In this document: positions 1-8,643 of the stretch, one piece after another
Position numbering within the stretch: the first letter of the stretch is position 1
Layout of the letters: each line of letters opens with the position of its first letter
Source of the DNA: Phyllobacteriaceae bacterium
Lineage (GTDB): Bacteria; Pseudomonadota; Alphaproteobacteria; Rhizobiales; Rhizobiaceae
Assembly (NCBI GenBank): GCA_031370195.1
Contig: JANMQE010000793.1
Location: 1 to 36,941, forward strand
Direction: 5' to 3'
DNA length: 36,941 bases
Made by a program: the position numbers and the translations under genes
The notes under the pieces: model-generated
Seen by the model: only the letters and a program-made list of their open reading frames with translations
What the model was told of the DNA's origin: nothing
Database searches by the model: none

Positions 1-1127
1 TGCTTGACGATTTCTTGCGCCACTTTCAAAATCGTCCGCGCGCGCTGGTCGAGACTGCGTGTAAGCCAGTTGGCAGTTTGCAGACATTCGGAGAGAAATT
101 CCTTGTCCGCCGCATTTTTCGCGCTGCGGGATACTTTCACGTAATAGGATTGATTGACCAGCACGCGGGGCAGGGCGGCCGGATTGAGTTCGATCAGCCA
201 GGACCCGCCTGCCGCAGCCCGCACCGAAACATCCGGAACAATGGTCTCCATCGCTCCACCGGCAAAAGCGGTGCCGGGCTTGGGGTCAAGCGCACGGATT
301 TCCGACAGCATGTCCAGAATATCCGCATCATCCACGCCGCAAATGCGCTTCAGCTGCGCAAAGTCGCGCTTGGCCAGCAGTTCAAGGTTGGCGATCAACG
401 CCTGCATGGCCGGGTCCAGCCGGTCTTTCAGAACGAGCTGAATTGAAAGACATTCGGCAAGTGAGCGGGCGAACAGCCCGGGAGGGTCAAACTCCTGCAG
501 CTTTTTCAGAACTTTCTCGCCGGTTTCCGCAGAAAGACCGAGCTTTTGCGCCGCCTCATCCACATCGACGCGCAAATAGCCACTCTCGTCCAACCCGTCT
601 GCAAGTTCACTCGCCAAGGCACGTTCGCTGATGTCAGCAAATCCAAATGCGATCTGCTCCGCCACATGACCACGCAGCGTGACCGGCATGGCCAGCACAT
701 CTTCAAAGTCGAAACTGTCGCCATCGCCTCCGCCTTGTCCGCCGGTTGCTGCCGACTTCCATTGGGACGCAAGGTCCGGGTTGAGCTCCGGACCAGCGCC
801 GGCGTCGTCGGGAAACAAATTGTCCACCGGCGCATCAAATGTCTCGGATAGCTCCGCCGCCGATGAAATATCCTGCCGCACCCAGTCGTCAGCGTCGCGA
901 TCACCGTGCCAATCCTCGCCGCCAGAGACATCAGGAGTATCAAGAATAGGCAGCGTGTCGCTGCTTTCCGGAGCCGCTTCGAGGAGCGGATTGCGCTCCA
1001 TTTCCTCTTCCACAAACCGCTGCAATTCAACATGCGTCAGCTGCAGCAGCCTGATCGACTGCATCAGCTGGGGCGTCATCACAAGCGATTGTGATTGTCG
1101 AAGTGCAAGTTTCGCCGCAAGCGCCAT
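1..1127 (-). CDS. rpoN: RNA polymerase sigma-54 factor RpoN (partial; C-terminal part runs off the left edge)
   Basis: It is absent from the ORF track because it is open at the window edge. Hand translation of the minus strand from the ATG at 1127-1125 gives MALAAKLALRQSQSLVMTPQLMQSIRLLQLTHVELQRFVEEEMERNPLLE, the Gln/Leu-rich sigma-54 region I. An acidic region II follows, and near the edge the sequence reads ...ANWLTRSLDQRARTILKVAQEIVKQ. It sits in the conserved position downstream of lptB. Confidence 0.93.
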   Translation of the reverse strand, partial: MALAAKLALRQSQSLVMTPQLMQSIRLLQLTHVELQRFVEEEMERNPLLEAAPESSDTLPILDTPDVSGGEDWHGDRDADDWVRQDISSAAELSETFDAPVDNLFPDDAGAGPELNPDLASQWKSAATGGQGGGDGDSFDFEDVLAMPVTLRGHVAEQIAFGFADISERALASELADGLDESGYLRVDVDEAAQKLGLSAETGEKVLKKLQEFDPPGLFARSLAECLSIQLVLKDRLDPAMQALIANLELLAKRDFAQLKRICGVDDADILDMLSEIRALDPKPGTAFAGGAMETIVPDVSVRAAAGGSWLIELNPAALPRVLVNQSYYVKVSRSAKNAADKEFLSECLQTANWLTRSLDQRARTILKVAQEIVK

Positions 1128-1195
1128 CAATCAGTCCCGTTGTTCCCGCGATGAATGAAACTGGCATGGCAATTGCAAGTCAAGCCGAATCCGGC

Positions 1196-1220
1196 TTTCG
1201 TGCCTTAAACTGGCACGAAA
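1196..1220. repeat. Perfect 9-bp inverted repeat (hairpin) in the lptB-rpoN spacer
   Basis: TTTCGTGCC (1196-1204) pairs with GGCACGAAA (1212-1220) across a 7-nt loop. A smaller GCCG-N4-CGGC hairpin lies at 1184-1195. Neither strand has a U-tract, so the function is unknown. Confidence 0.5.
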
Positions 1221-1236
1221 CCTGCATTCAAGGTAA

Positions 1237-2025
1237 TCAGAGGGTGAATTGCTCGCCGAGATAGAGCCGTCGCACATCCGGATTGGCAACAATCTCTTTC
1301 GGCGTACCATGGGTCAGCAACTGGCCCTCATGGATAATATACGCACGGTCGACCAGTCCCAAGGTCTCGCGCACATTGTGATCGGTGATCAGCACGCCGA
1401 TGCCTCGACTCGTCAGATGCCGCACGAGATTCTGGATGTCCGAGACCGATATCGGATCAACCCCGGCAAATGGTTCGTCCAGCAGCATGAAGTTCGGCCG
1501 TGACGCCAGCGCCCGCGCGATCTCCAGCCGCCGCCGCTCGCCGCCGGACAGCGCGATGGATGGCGCCTTGCGCAAATGGCTGATGTGAAACTCGCTGAGC
1601 AGTGTCTCAAGGTCGTCATCGCGCTGCTTTTTGTCTTTCTCGACCACTTCAAGCACGGCGCGGATGTTGTCCTCCACCGAAAGGCCACGGAAAATCGAGG
1701 CTTCCTGAGGCAGATAGCCGATGCCAAGCCGCGCGCGGCGGTACATCGGCATTTGCGTCACGTCATGGCCGTCGATTTCAATTGTGCCGGTGTCAACGGG
1801 AACCAGTCCTGTGACCATGTAAAAGCACGTCGTCTTGCCCGCTCCATTTGGTCCAAGCAACCCGACAGCCTCTCCCGCGCGCAAGCCCAGCGAGACACTG
1901 TTGACCACTTGACGGCCCTTGTAGCTCTTGGAAAGCCCCCGCGCGATCAACGTGCCTTCATACTTCTTTGAAGGCGTTGATGGCGCGTCGGTTGTATCAG
2001 AAGCCTGATTTTTGAACATCCCCAC
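1237..2025 (-). CDS. lptB: LPS export ABC transporter ATP-binding protein LptB
   Basis: Walker [13 protein letters not shown] signature [12 protein letters not shown], Walker [13 protein letters not shown] and H-loop ITDHN are present. The gene order is lptC-lptA-lptB-rpoN. The track start at 2025 is GTG; an ATG lies two codons further in, at 2019. Confidence 0.95.
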   Translation of the reverse strand: MGMFKNQASDTTDAPSTPSKKYEGTLIARGLSKSYKGRQVVNSVSLGLRAGEAVGLLGPNGAGKTTCFYMVTGLVPVDTGTIEIDGHDVTQMPMYRRARLGIGYLPQEASIFRGLSVEDNIRAVLEVVEKDKKQRDDDLETLLSEFHISHLRKAPSIALSGGERRRLEIARALASRPNFMLLDEPFAGVDPISVSDIQNLVRHLTSRGIGVLITDHNVRETLGLVDRAYIIHEGQLLTHGTPKEIVANPDVRRLYLGEQFTL

Positions 2026-2036
2026 TGGGCAGGCCG

Positions 2037-2582
2037 CTACTTGTTGCTTTTCGGGTCAAGAACGATGGAGACACGGCCACCGCTGCTTCCGCTCTTGCAG
2101 CTCTCAAACTTGGCCTTGCCGGACTTCATGAACACCGTGAGCTTGCAGCCCGTTGCAACGTTCTTGCCCTCAGACAAAACCACCTTGTTGCCAGTCAGCA
2201 CAAGAACCTGGCTCGCCATGTCAAACGTGCCCGCATCGCCAGTGGCAACCTGCGTCTCCGACTTCACATAAACCGTGCCGGACACTTCCAGATGGTCAAT
2301 CGCCGCCGAGCCGGTCGTCGCCGAACCACCGTTCTTCACGTAATACACAATCAGCTTGCCGGCCTTCAGCAGTGTCTTGTCCTGCACGACGCTTACATTG
2401 CCGGTGAACTCCGCAACACTGTCGGCCTCGCGCACGTCAAGCCGGTCGCTCTCGATTTGGATCGGCAGATCGTTGGACAGCTTCATCCCGGTCAGCCGTT
2501 CAGATGCGGCTTGCGCCATCGCAACGCCCGGCACGGAGGCCAACAGCAAGGCGAGTCCAATCCTCAAGATGCTCTTCGTCAT
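2037..2582 (-). CDS. lptA: Periplasmic LPS transport protein LptA (OstA-like)
   Basis: The ATG at 2582 gives the signal peptide [24 protein letters not shown]. The longer track ORF starting at 2621 would overlap lptC. The product is a beta-rich periplasmic protein encoded between lptC and lptB. Confidence 0.8.
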   Translation of the reverse strand: MTKSILRIGLALLLASVPGVAMAQAASERLTGMKLSNDLPIQIESDRLDVREADSVAEFTGNVSVVQDKTLLKAGKLIVYYVKNGGSATTGSAAIDHLEVSGTVYVKSETQVATGDAGTFDMASQVLVLTGNKVVLSEGKNVATGCKLTVFMKSGKAKFESCKSGSSGGRVSIVLDPKSNK

Positions 2583-2589
2583 GCTGGTC

Positions 2590-3294
2590 TCACTCTGCCT
2601 GTTGCGCTGCCTGCCCGCCATTGGCGGTTTTCATTTTCTTCGGGTCTATCACCAGCCGCACGCGCTTTTCAAACACCAAAAGTTTGCCGCCGTCGCTCAC
2701 CTGCATCGAGTCCGCAGTGATATGCGCCCCGTTCGTGGTGATATCGACAGGCTCGGACGTGCTCAAGCCGTTTTTGCCGATATCAACCCGCGCCGATGTC
2801 AGTTTCGCCACCATTCCGTCGCTGGTGGTCAATTCAATGCCCTTGCCAAGATCAAGCAAGCTGTTGCCATTGTCAAAAAAGCCGCTGCCAGCCTTGAGCT
2901 GCGCCATTGTGTTGATCCCGAACGGCAGTTCGGCGGAAATGGTCTCAAGTTCCACCAGCCCGTTCTTTTTGACTTCCTGAAATGCCCGCTCTGCCTGCAT
3001 CTTGTACGGCCGCTTGTCGCCAGTCATCCCGTCAAGCTTCGGATTGGCCATCACGATACGCCCGTCCGACAGGCTGACACCGTCAGAAGACACCGCCACG
3101 GGCAACTCGTTACGAAAAAACGTCGCGCCGCCAAACAGTCCGGCACTCATCAACGCAATGCCCGGAATGGCAAATTTCAGGATGCGCACCCGCCGCGAGT
3201 GCCTGCCGGCGGACGCAAACACATCCTCGCCGCGCCGGTTTGCCGCTGCGTGAAAATTTTCAATGTTCGGGTGTGAGGTTTCCGCCTGCGCCAT
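2590..3294 (-). CDS. lptC: LPS export system protein LptC (membrane-anchored)
   Basis: It has a single N-terminal anchor helix (IPGIALMSAGLFGGATFF) followed by a beta-rich periplasmic domain, and lies directly upstream of lptA-lptB. I chose the ATG at 3294; the TTG at 3357 used in the track is an alternative. Confidence 0.7.
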   Translation of the reverse strand: MAQAETSHPNIENFHAAANRRGEDVFASAGRHSRRVRILKFAIPGIALMSAGLFGGATFFRNELPVAVSSDGVSLSDGRIVMANPKLDGMTGDKRPYKMQAERAFQEVKKNGLVELETISAELPFGINTMAQLKAGSGFFDNGNSLLDLGKGIELTTSDGMVAKLTSARVDIGKNGLSTSEPVDITTNGAHITADSMQVSDGGKLLVFEKRVRLVIDPKKMKTANGGQAAQQAE

Positions 3295-3441
3295 CCGTAA
3301 TTGCGATCTCTCGTTCGTGACCCAAAACACAGGAGCAGGGTTAGCAACGCATTGCAACCAAGCTCCGGTCTTTAGAGCGCTTGTCAGGGCACCACTGCCA
3401 TGGTCTATACACGCGTCTTTGCGGCAATTTGAGGATTGTAA

Positions 3442-4425
3442 ATGTCACAGGCAGCTGACAACTGGTTAGACCGGCGGTTGCTACGCCGCAAACTTGGTTT
3501 CTGGCGTATTCTAGCAATTCTCTTGGCGCTATTGTGCGGAGCCATCGGCTGGTATGCGGCCAATGGCGGCCTTTCTGCACGCAATTCTGCTCCTCACATC
3601 GCCAAAATCCGCATCGAAGGTGCCATCACCGAAGACGAAAAACTCTTGGCGCTGATCAAAAAGGTCGGCGGGGAAGAAGCCGTCAAGGGCGTGATACTCG
3701 CGATCAATTCGCCCGGGGGCACCACAGCCGGGGGTGAGGCGCTCTACGAATCGGTCCGCGAACTCGCTCAGAAGAAGCCCGTTGTAACACAGGTTGGAAC
3801 ACTCGCCGCGTCCGCAGGATACATGATTGCCGTGGCGTCAGACCATATCGTCGCCCGCAAAACCTCAATAGTCGGCTCAATCGGCGTGTTGTTCCAATAT
3901 CCGGACCTTTCGCAATTGCTTGCCAACGCCGGAGTCAAAGTGGAGACCATCAAATCCAGCCCGCTGAAGGCCGAGCCCAATTTTTTCAGCCCTGCAAGCG
4001 AGGAAGCCAAGTCGATGATCCGCCGAATGATCCTCGACAGTTATGACTGGTTCGTCTCCATCGTCGATGAGCGCCGCCCGCTGCTTGACCGCGCGCAGAC
4101 ACTGGCACTGGCCGACGGGTCGGTCTTCACCGGGCGGCAGGCGCTGGCCAACAAGTTGATCGACGGCCTTGGCGGCGAGGACGTTGCAATCGAATGGCTT
4201 GCATCCAAGGGCGTTGACAGCAAACTTGACGTGATCGAATGGTTGCCAACCGCAGACAACGCGTCTTGGTGGCTGTCGTCTGAAATATCTTCGATAATTC
4301 TGCGGTTTGCTGGTTTGGACAACGCCAATTCCAGCCTTAACCTTCAATTTTTAAAAGATCGACTGTTTGTCGATGGCCTCGTGTCACAATGGGCCGTTGA
4401 CTCTTCGCCTTCAGGGCGCGATTGA
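3442..4425 (+). CDS. sppA: Signal peptide peptidase SppA (S49 family, 36K type)
   Basis: It has an N-terminal TM helix, an INSPGG motif and the catalytic-serine region GTLAASAGYMIAVASD. A GAGGA Shine-Dalgarno sequence lies just upstream of the ATG. Confidence 0.9.
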   Translation: MSQAADNWLDRRLLRRKLGFWRILAILLALLCGAIGWYAANGGLSARNSAPHIAKIRIEGAITEDEKLLALIKKVGGEEAVKGVILAINSPGGTTAGGEALYESVRELAQKKPVVTQVGTLAASAGYMIAVASDHIVARKTSIVGSIGVLFQYPDLSQLLANAGVKVETIKSSPLKAEPNFFSPASEEAKSMIRRMILDSYDWFVSIVDERRPLLDRAQTLALADGSVFTGRQALANKLIDGLGGEDVAIEWLASKGVDSKLDVIEWLPTADNASWWLSSEISSIILRFAGLDNANSSLNLQFLKDRLFVDGLVSQWAVDSSPSGRD

Positions 4426-4494
4426 AAGCATTGGATAAAAAGACGGCGCAGGAAATGCGCCTGACCACGGGAACCGACGCGAGGGACACGCGAC

Positions 4495-4779
4495 ATGATC
4501 AAATCCGAACTTGTGCAATTTATTGCAGACCGCAACCCGCATCTATTTCAACGGGACGTCGAAAACATCGTCAATTCGGTGTTTGAGGAAATATCCACCG
4601 CGCTCGCGGAGGGAAACCGCGTTGAATTGCGCGGCTTTGGCGCGTTCTCAGTGAAAAACCGCCCGGCCCGCGCAGGCCGGAACCCCAAAACCGGCGAGTC
4701 CGTCAGCGTTGATGAAAAATGGGTGCCGTTTTTCAAGACTGGCAAAGAGCTGCGGGACCGGCTAAACGGCGCATTGTGA
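4495..4779 (+). CDS. ihfB: Integration host factor subunit beta
   Basis: This is a 94-aa HU/IHF-fold protein. [11 protein letters not shown]... and the beta-arm [25 protein letters not shown] are typical of IHF-beta. Confidence 0.95.
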   Translation: MIKSELVQFIADRNPHLFQRDVENIVNSVFEEISTALAEGNRVELRGFGAFSVKNRPARAGRNPKTGESVSVDEKWVPFFKTGKELRDRLNGAL

Positions 4780-4823
4780 CCATCTGCTAAATCCGGTCAC
4801 GAGGTGACGTTAGAGGTGAGCGC

Positions 4824-5156
4824 ATGTTCCGCCGGTTTTTCTGGATAATCGTGATGATCCCGCTGGCAATCATTTTGATTGCCCTGTCGGTGGCCAATCG
4901 CAATGTCGTGCCGTTCACAATCGATCCGTTCACGCCCGGAAACCCTGCGCTGACCTTCTCAGCACCACTGTTCATGTATCTGTTCGCCAGCCTTGCCATC
5001 GGTCTCATCCTAGGCTCGGTTATCACTTGGTTGGCGCAGGGCCAACATCGCGCCAATGCGCGCCGCGCCGCTGCCGAAGTGGTAACCCTTCGCAAGGAAG
5101 CACAGGCGCGAGAGGCCGCAATCCGGGGAAACCTGCCCGCGCTGCCGAACGGCTGA
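4824..5156 (+). CDS. LapA/DUF1049-like small inner-membrane protein
   Basis: The 110-aa product has two hydrophobic helices followed by a basic, Ala-rich tail (RANARRAAAEVVTLRKEAQAREAA). A gene of this type commonly follows ihfB. The family call is by eye only. Confidence 0.6.
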   Translation: MFRRFFWIIVMIPLAIILIALSVANRNVVPFTIDPFTPGNPALTFSAPLFMYLFASLAIGLILGSVITWLAQGQHRANARRAAAEVVTLRKEAQAREAAIRGNLPALPNG

Positions 5157-5168
5157 CCGGCAATCGGC

Positions 5169-6200
5169 ATGAAGGACCGCGGCAATCAGCGCAAACCGGC
5201 GCAAGGTCTATCCCGTGAGGCGCTCAATGAAAGGCCCGTCCGGATTGAACCATCGACCAATCTTGCAGCGGCGCCCAAACTGCTCACGCGCCGCGAAGGC
5301 GAGCGCCCTGCCGAACGCCTGCCGGTTATTCTCGAAACCAAGCCGACCAAAGACTACGCGCTGATCGACAGCGGCAACGGACGCAAACTTGAGCAGTACG
5401 GACCATACAAGATCGAACGCCCCGAAGGTCAGGCGATCTGGTTGCCTTCGCTCCCCAACAGCGAATGGGACAAAGCGGACGCCGTCTTCACCGGCAACAC
5501 TGATGAAGAAGGCATGGGCCGCTGGCTGTTCCCCAGAGCGGCGCTCGGCGAGACGTGGAACACTGAACATGACGGCATGGCTTATCTTGGCCGCTTCACC
5601 TCGTTCCGCCACGTCGGCGTGTTCCCTGAGCAAGCCGCACACTGGTCTTTCATGGAAGATTTGATCCGCAACGCCAAGCGACCGTTGAAAGTCCTGAACA
5701 TTTTCGGCTACACCGGCGTCGCCTCTCTCATCGCCGCGCGGGCAGGGGCTGAAGTCACCCACGTCGATGCGTCGAAGAAAGCCATCGGCTGGGCGCGCGA
5801 AAATCAGGACATCGCGCGCCTGACCAACAAGCCAATCCGCTGGATCATGGATGACGCGATGAAATTTGTGCTGCGTGAAGAGCGGCGCGGTTCCACTTAT
5901 GACATCATCCTTCTCGATCCGCCGGCATTCGGGCGCGGACCGGGCGGCGAGGTCTGGCAATTGTTTGAACACTTGCCCGCGATGGTCGAAGCCTGCCGCG
6001 CGATCCTGTCGCCCAAGCCCTTGGCCATGGTGCTCACCGCCTATTCAATCCGCGCATCCTTCTTCGCCATCCACGAACTGGTGCGCGACCGGTTCACAGG
6101 CATGGGCGGTACAGTCGAGTCCGGCGAGTTGATCCTGCGTGAGCAGTCCGCCGGACGGGCACTGTCCACATCCCTCTTTTCGCGCTGGGTGCCGTCATGA
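5169..6200 (+). CDS. Class I SAM-dependent (rRNA-type) methyltransferase
   Basis: SAM motif I is VLNIFGYTGVASL and motif IV is ILLDPPAFGRGP, resembling the RlmI/RlmK-type catalytic domain. Its stop overlaps the next gene's start as ATGA (6197-6200). Confidence 0.78.
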   Translation: MKDRGNQRKPAQGLSREALNERPVRIEPSTNLAAAPKLLTRREGERPAERLPVILETKPTKDYALIDSGNGRKLEQYGPYKIERPEGQAIWLPSLPNSEWDKADAVFTGNTDEEGMGRWLFPRAALGETWNTEHDGMAYLGRFTSFRHVGVFPEQAAHWSFMEDLIRNAKRPLKVLNIFGYTGVASLIAARAGAEVTHVDASKKAIGWARENQDIARLTNKPIRWIMDDAMKFVLREERRGSTYDIILLDPPAFGRGPGGEVWQLFEHLPAMVEACRAILSPKPLAMVLTAYSIRASFFAIHELVRDRFTGMGGTVESGELILREQSAGRALSTSLFSRWVPS

Positions 6201-7042
6201 GCGGGGGAACAGTCCGCGTCGGCCAGGTCAAGGAGATCACCTCGCTCGCCAATCCGGTTGTGAAAGACATCAAAGCTCTGGCGATGAAAAAACATCGCGA
6301 TGAGTCCGGCACCTTTGTCGCCGAAGGCCTCAAACTCATCATCGACGCGCTCGACCAAGGCTGGAAGCTGACAATTCTGGTGATCGCCATGGCGTCCAAA
6401 GACAATGCTTTGGTGCAAAAAACCGCCGCCCGCGCCGTCGCCAAGGGCGCGCTTGTGCTGGAAGCCAATGAGAAAATTATCGGCTCAATCACCCGCCGCG
6501 ACAATCCGCAGGCGGTGATCGGCGTTTTCGAGCAGCGCTATGCGCCGCTCTCGTCTATCAAGCCTGAGGCGGACAATGTCTGGCTGGCACTCGACCGCGT
6601 GCGCGATCCCGGCAATCTTGGCACGATCATCCGAACTGCGGACGCCGTCGGCGCATCCGGCGTCATTCTTGTGGGCGATACTACAGATCCGTTCGCGCTC
6701 GAAACCGTGCGCGCAACGATGGGTTCAGTGTTCGCCATGCCGCTTTACCACGCCGATGAGGCAGGGTTTCTAGACTTTCGCAAAGGCTTCAAAGGCCTCA
6801 CAGTCGGCACCCATCTCAAAGGCTCTGTTGATTACCGGACTGTCGATTACTCCGGCAAGCCGGTACTGTTGCTGATGGGCAATGAGCAAAGCGGCCTCTC
6901 AGAGCCATTGGCCAAAGCCTGCGACAAGCTCATCCGCATCCCGCAGGACGGCAAGGCTGACTCGCTCAATCTTGCCGTCGCCACCGGCGTCACTCTCTAC
7001 GAAGTGCGCCGCCACGCGCTGAAACTTGGCGGACAAATCTGA
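6197..7042 (+). CDS. TrmH/SpoU-family RNA 2'-O-methyltransferase
   Basis: The SpoU motifs DPGNLGTIIRTADAVG, LLMGNEQSGLS and IPQDGKADSLNLAVATGVTLYE are present. Confidence 0.9.
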   Translation: MSGGTVRVGQVKEITSLANPVVKDIKALAMKKHRDESGTFVAEGLKLIIDALDQGWKLTILVIAMASKDNALVQKTAARAVAKGALVLEANEKIIGSITRRDNPQAVIGVFEQRYAPLSSIKPEADNVWLALDRVRDPGNLGTIIRTADAVGASGVILVGDTTDPFALETVRATMGSVFAMPLYHADEAGFLDFRKGFKGLTVGTHLKGSVDYRTVDYSGKPVLLLMGNEQSGLSEPLAKACDKLIRIPQDGKADSLNLAVATGVTLYEVRRHALKLGGQI

Positions 7043-7533
7043 TGCGCTGGCCATTGCTGACCGGACTTTCCGCAGTGCTGATCGCCATCGATCAGTACGT
7101 AAAGTGGCTGGTAGAAACCCATTTGCCGTTTCAGCAGGCAATTGATGTCGTTCCGTTTTTCAGCCTCTATCGCACATGGAACCAAGGCATCGCCTTCTCG
7201 ATGCTGTGGGGCCTCAATGATTTGGCATTGATAGCGATCACCCTTGCGATCACCGCATTCGTCGTCTGGCTCGCCAGCCGCACACCGGTTGACAAGACAG
7301 CAGCGCGTCTCGGCTTCGCGCTGATCGTCGCCGGTGCAATCGGCAATCTGATAGATCGGATCGTCTTCGGCCACGTCGTTGATTATATCCTGTTCCACAC
7401 GCAAACTTGGGCATTTGCCGTGTTCAATCTTGCCGACGCATTCATCTCTGTTGGCGCGGCGCTGATCATCCTGCAGGAGTTGCTCGATTGGCACCGCAGC
7501 CGCGGCATTCAAGGTAGACCAAATCCGGATTGA
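7042..7533 (+). CDS. lspA: Lipoprotein signal peptidase (signal peptidase II)
   Basis: The product has four hydrophobic segments and the conserved motifs WNQGIAFS, GNLIDR and FNLADAFISVG. Its ATG shares one base with the upstream TGA (TGATG at 7040-7044). Confidence 0.92.
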   Translation: MRWPLLTGLSAVLIAIDQYVKWLVETHLPFQQAIDVVPFFSLYRTWNQGIAFSMLWGLNDLALIAITLAITAFVVWLASRTPVDKTAARLGFALIVAGAIGNLIDRIVFGHVVDYILFHTQTWAFAVFNLADAFISVGAALIILQELLDWHRSRGIQGRPNPD

Positions 7534-7581
7534 CAATCCGGTCTTGCGAACATCCTCTTGGGTCAAATCGAGGAGGATCAC

Positions 7582-8577
7582 ATGTCAGCAGATTTCGAGG
7601 CCATTCTGGTTTCCCGCGACGAAAACAAGAAGCAGTCTGTCAGCATCGTCGAGATGCGCAACGATGAGTTGATGGAAGGCGATGTGATGGTCAGGGTCGA
7701 TCATACGACCGTGAACTACAAAGACGGCCTCGCCATTACCGGCAAGGCCCCGGTCATTCGCCGCTGGCCGATGATACCCGGCATCGACCTTGCCGGTACA
7801 GTCATCTCGTCGGACAGCAGTGAATGGAAATCCGGCAACAAGGTTGTTATGAACGGCTGGGGCGTCGGCGAGGTGCATTACGGCGCCTATGCCGGCCATG
7901 CGCGGCTGAAAGGCGAATGGCTGATTGCCCAGCCGCAAGGCCTGACCGGTCACCACGCGATGGCTATCGGTACCGCTGGCTACACGGCCATGCTCTGCGT
8001 CATGGCGCTGGAAAAGCAGGGCGTCACCCCTGAGTCCGGTCCCGTCCTCGTCACCGGTGCCGCTGGCGGCGTCGGAACCATTGCCATCGCGATCCTCGCC
8101 AATCTCGGCTATCACGTCATCGCCTCGACCGGCCGCCCGCAGGAACAGACGTTTCTCGAAGGTCTTGGCGCAAAAGAGATCATCGACCGCGCTGAACTGT
8201 CTGGCCCCTCAAAGCCCCTTGCAAAAGAGCGCTGGGCAGCTGCCATCGACACCGTCGGCTCCCACACGGTGGCCAATGTCTTGTCCATGACCAATTACGG
8301 CGGTGTGGTCGCAGCGTGCGGCTTGGCGCAAGGCATGGACCTGCCATCGTCCGTTGCACCCTTCATTCTGCGTGCAGTCATCCTGCGCGGCGTTGAATCG
8401 GTATACGTGCCGCGAGCCTATCGGCAGGAGGCTTGGGCGCGTCTGGCAGCAGATTTGCCCTTGGAAAAGTTGCAGGCACTCTCAACCACCATCGGCTTTG
8501 AAGATCTCGTGGAAGCTTCAAGCCAAATCGTCGAAGGCAAGGTGCGGGGCCGCTTGGTCGTTGATTACCAACAATAA
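7582..8577 (+). CDS. acuI: YhdH/AcuI-type NADPH-dependent acrylyl-CoA reductase (MDR family oxidoreductase)
   Basis: It matches E. coli YhdH closely as I recall that sequence (VNYKDGLAITGK, MIPGIDLAGTV, IGTAGYTAMLCVMALE, GAAGGVG, MNYGGVVAACGLA). I chose the ATG at 7582 because AGGAGGA lies just upstream; the track ORF starts earlier, at 7558. Confidence 0.85.
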   Translation: MSADFEAILVSRDENKKQSVSIVEMRNDELMEGDVMVRVDHTTVNYKDGLAITGKAPVIRRWPMIPGIDLAGTVISSDSSEWKSGNKVVMNGWGVGEVHYGAYAGHARLKGEWLIAQPQGLTGHHAMAIGTAGYTAMLCVMALEKQGVTPESGPVLVTGAAGGVGTIAIAILANLGYHVIASTGRPQEQTFLEGLGAKEIIDRAELSGPSKPLAKERWAAAIDTVGSHTVANVLSMTNYGGVVAACGLAQGMDLPSSVAPFILRAVILRGVESVYVPRAYRQEAWARLAADLPLEKLQALSTTIGFEDLVEASSQIVEGKVRGRLVVDYQQ

Positions 8578-8643
8578 TTCAGAATCGTCATTGGCATTTT
8601 TCAAGTTCACTAAAATTGTAACCATTCGCCAAAACCTTCCCTA

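Noticed and set aside
15-1158. Several 60-175-aa ORFs listed on both strands in the first 1.1 kb.
   Set aside because: The real gene here is rpoN, which is missing from the track because it is open at the window edge. Hand translation of the minus strand gives a continuous sigma-54 sequence that explains the whole region.
2356-3276. A 306-aa plus-strand ORF over the lptA/lptC locus. Similar long antisense ORFs occur at 5208-5972, 6997-7581, 16202-16915 and 27010-27609.
   Set aside because: All of them are antisense to genes with clear family motifs, and their translations are Arg/Ala/Pro-rich with no motifs. I treat them as GC-driven open frames.
4445-4461. A 6-bp GC hairpin (GGCGCA-GGAAA-TGCGCC) after sppA, considered as a possible terminator.
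   Set aside because: The stem is short and no T-run follows it. It lies only ~35 nt upstream of ihfB, which is too weak to call a terminator.
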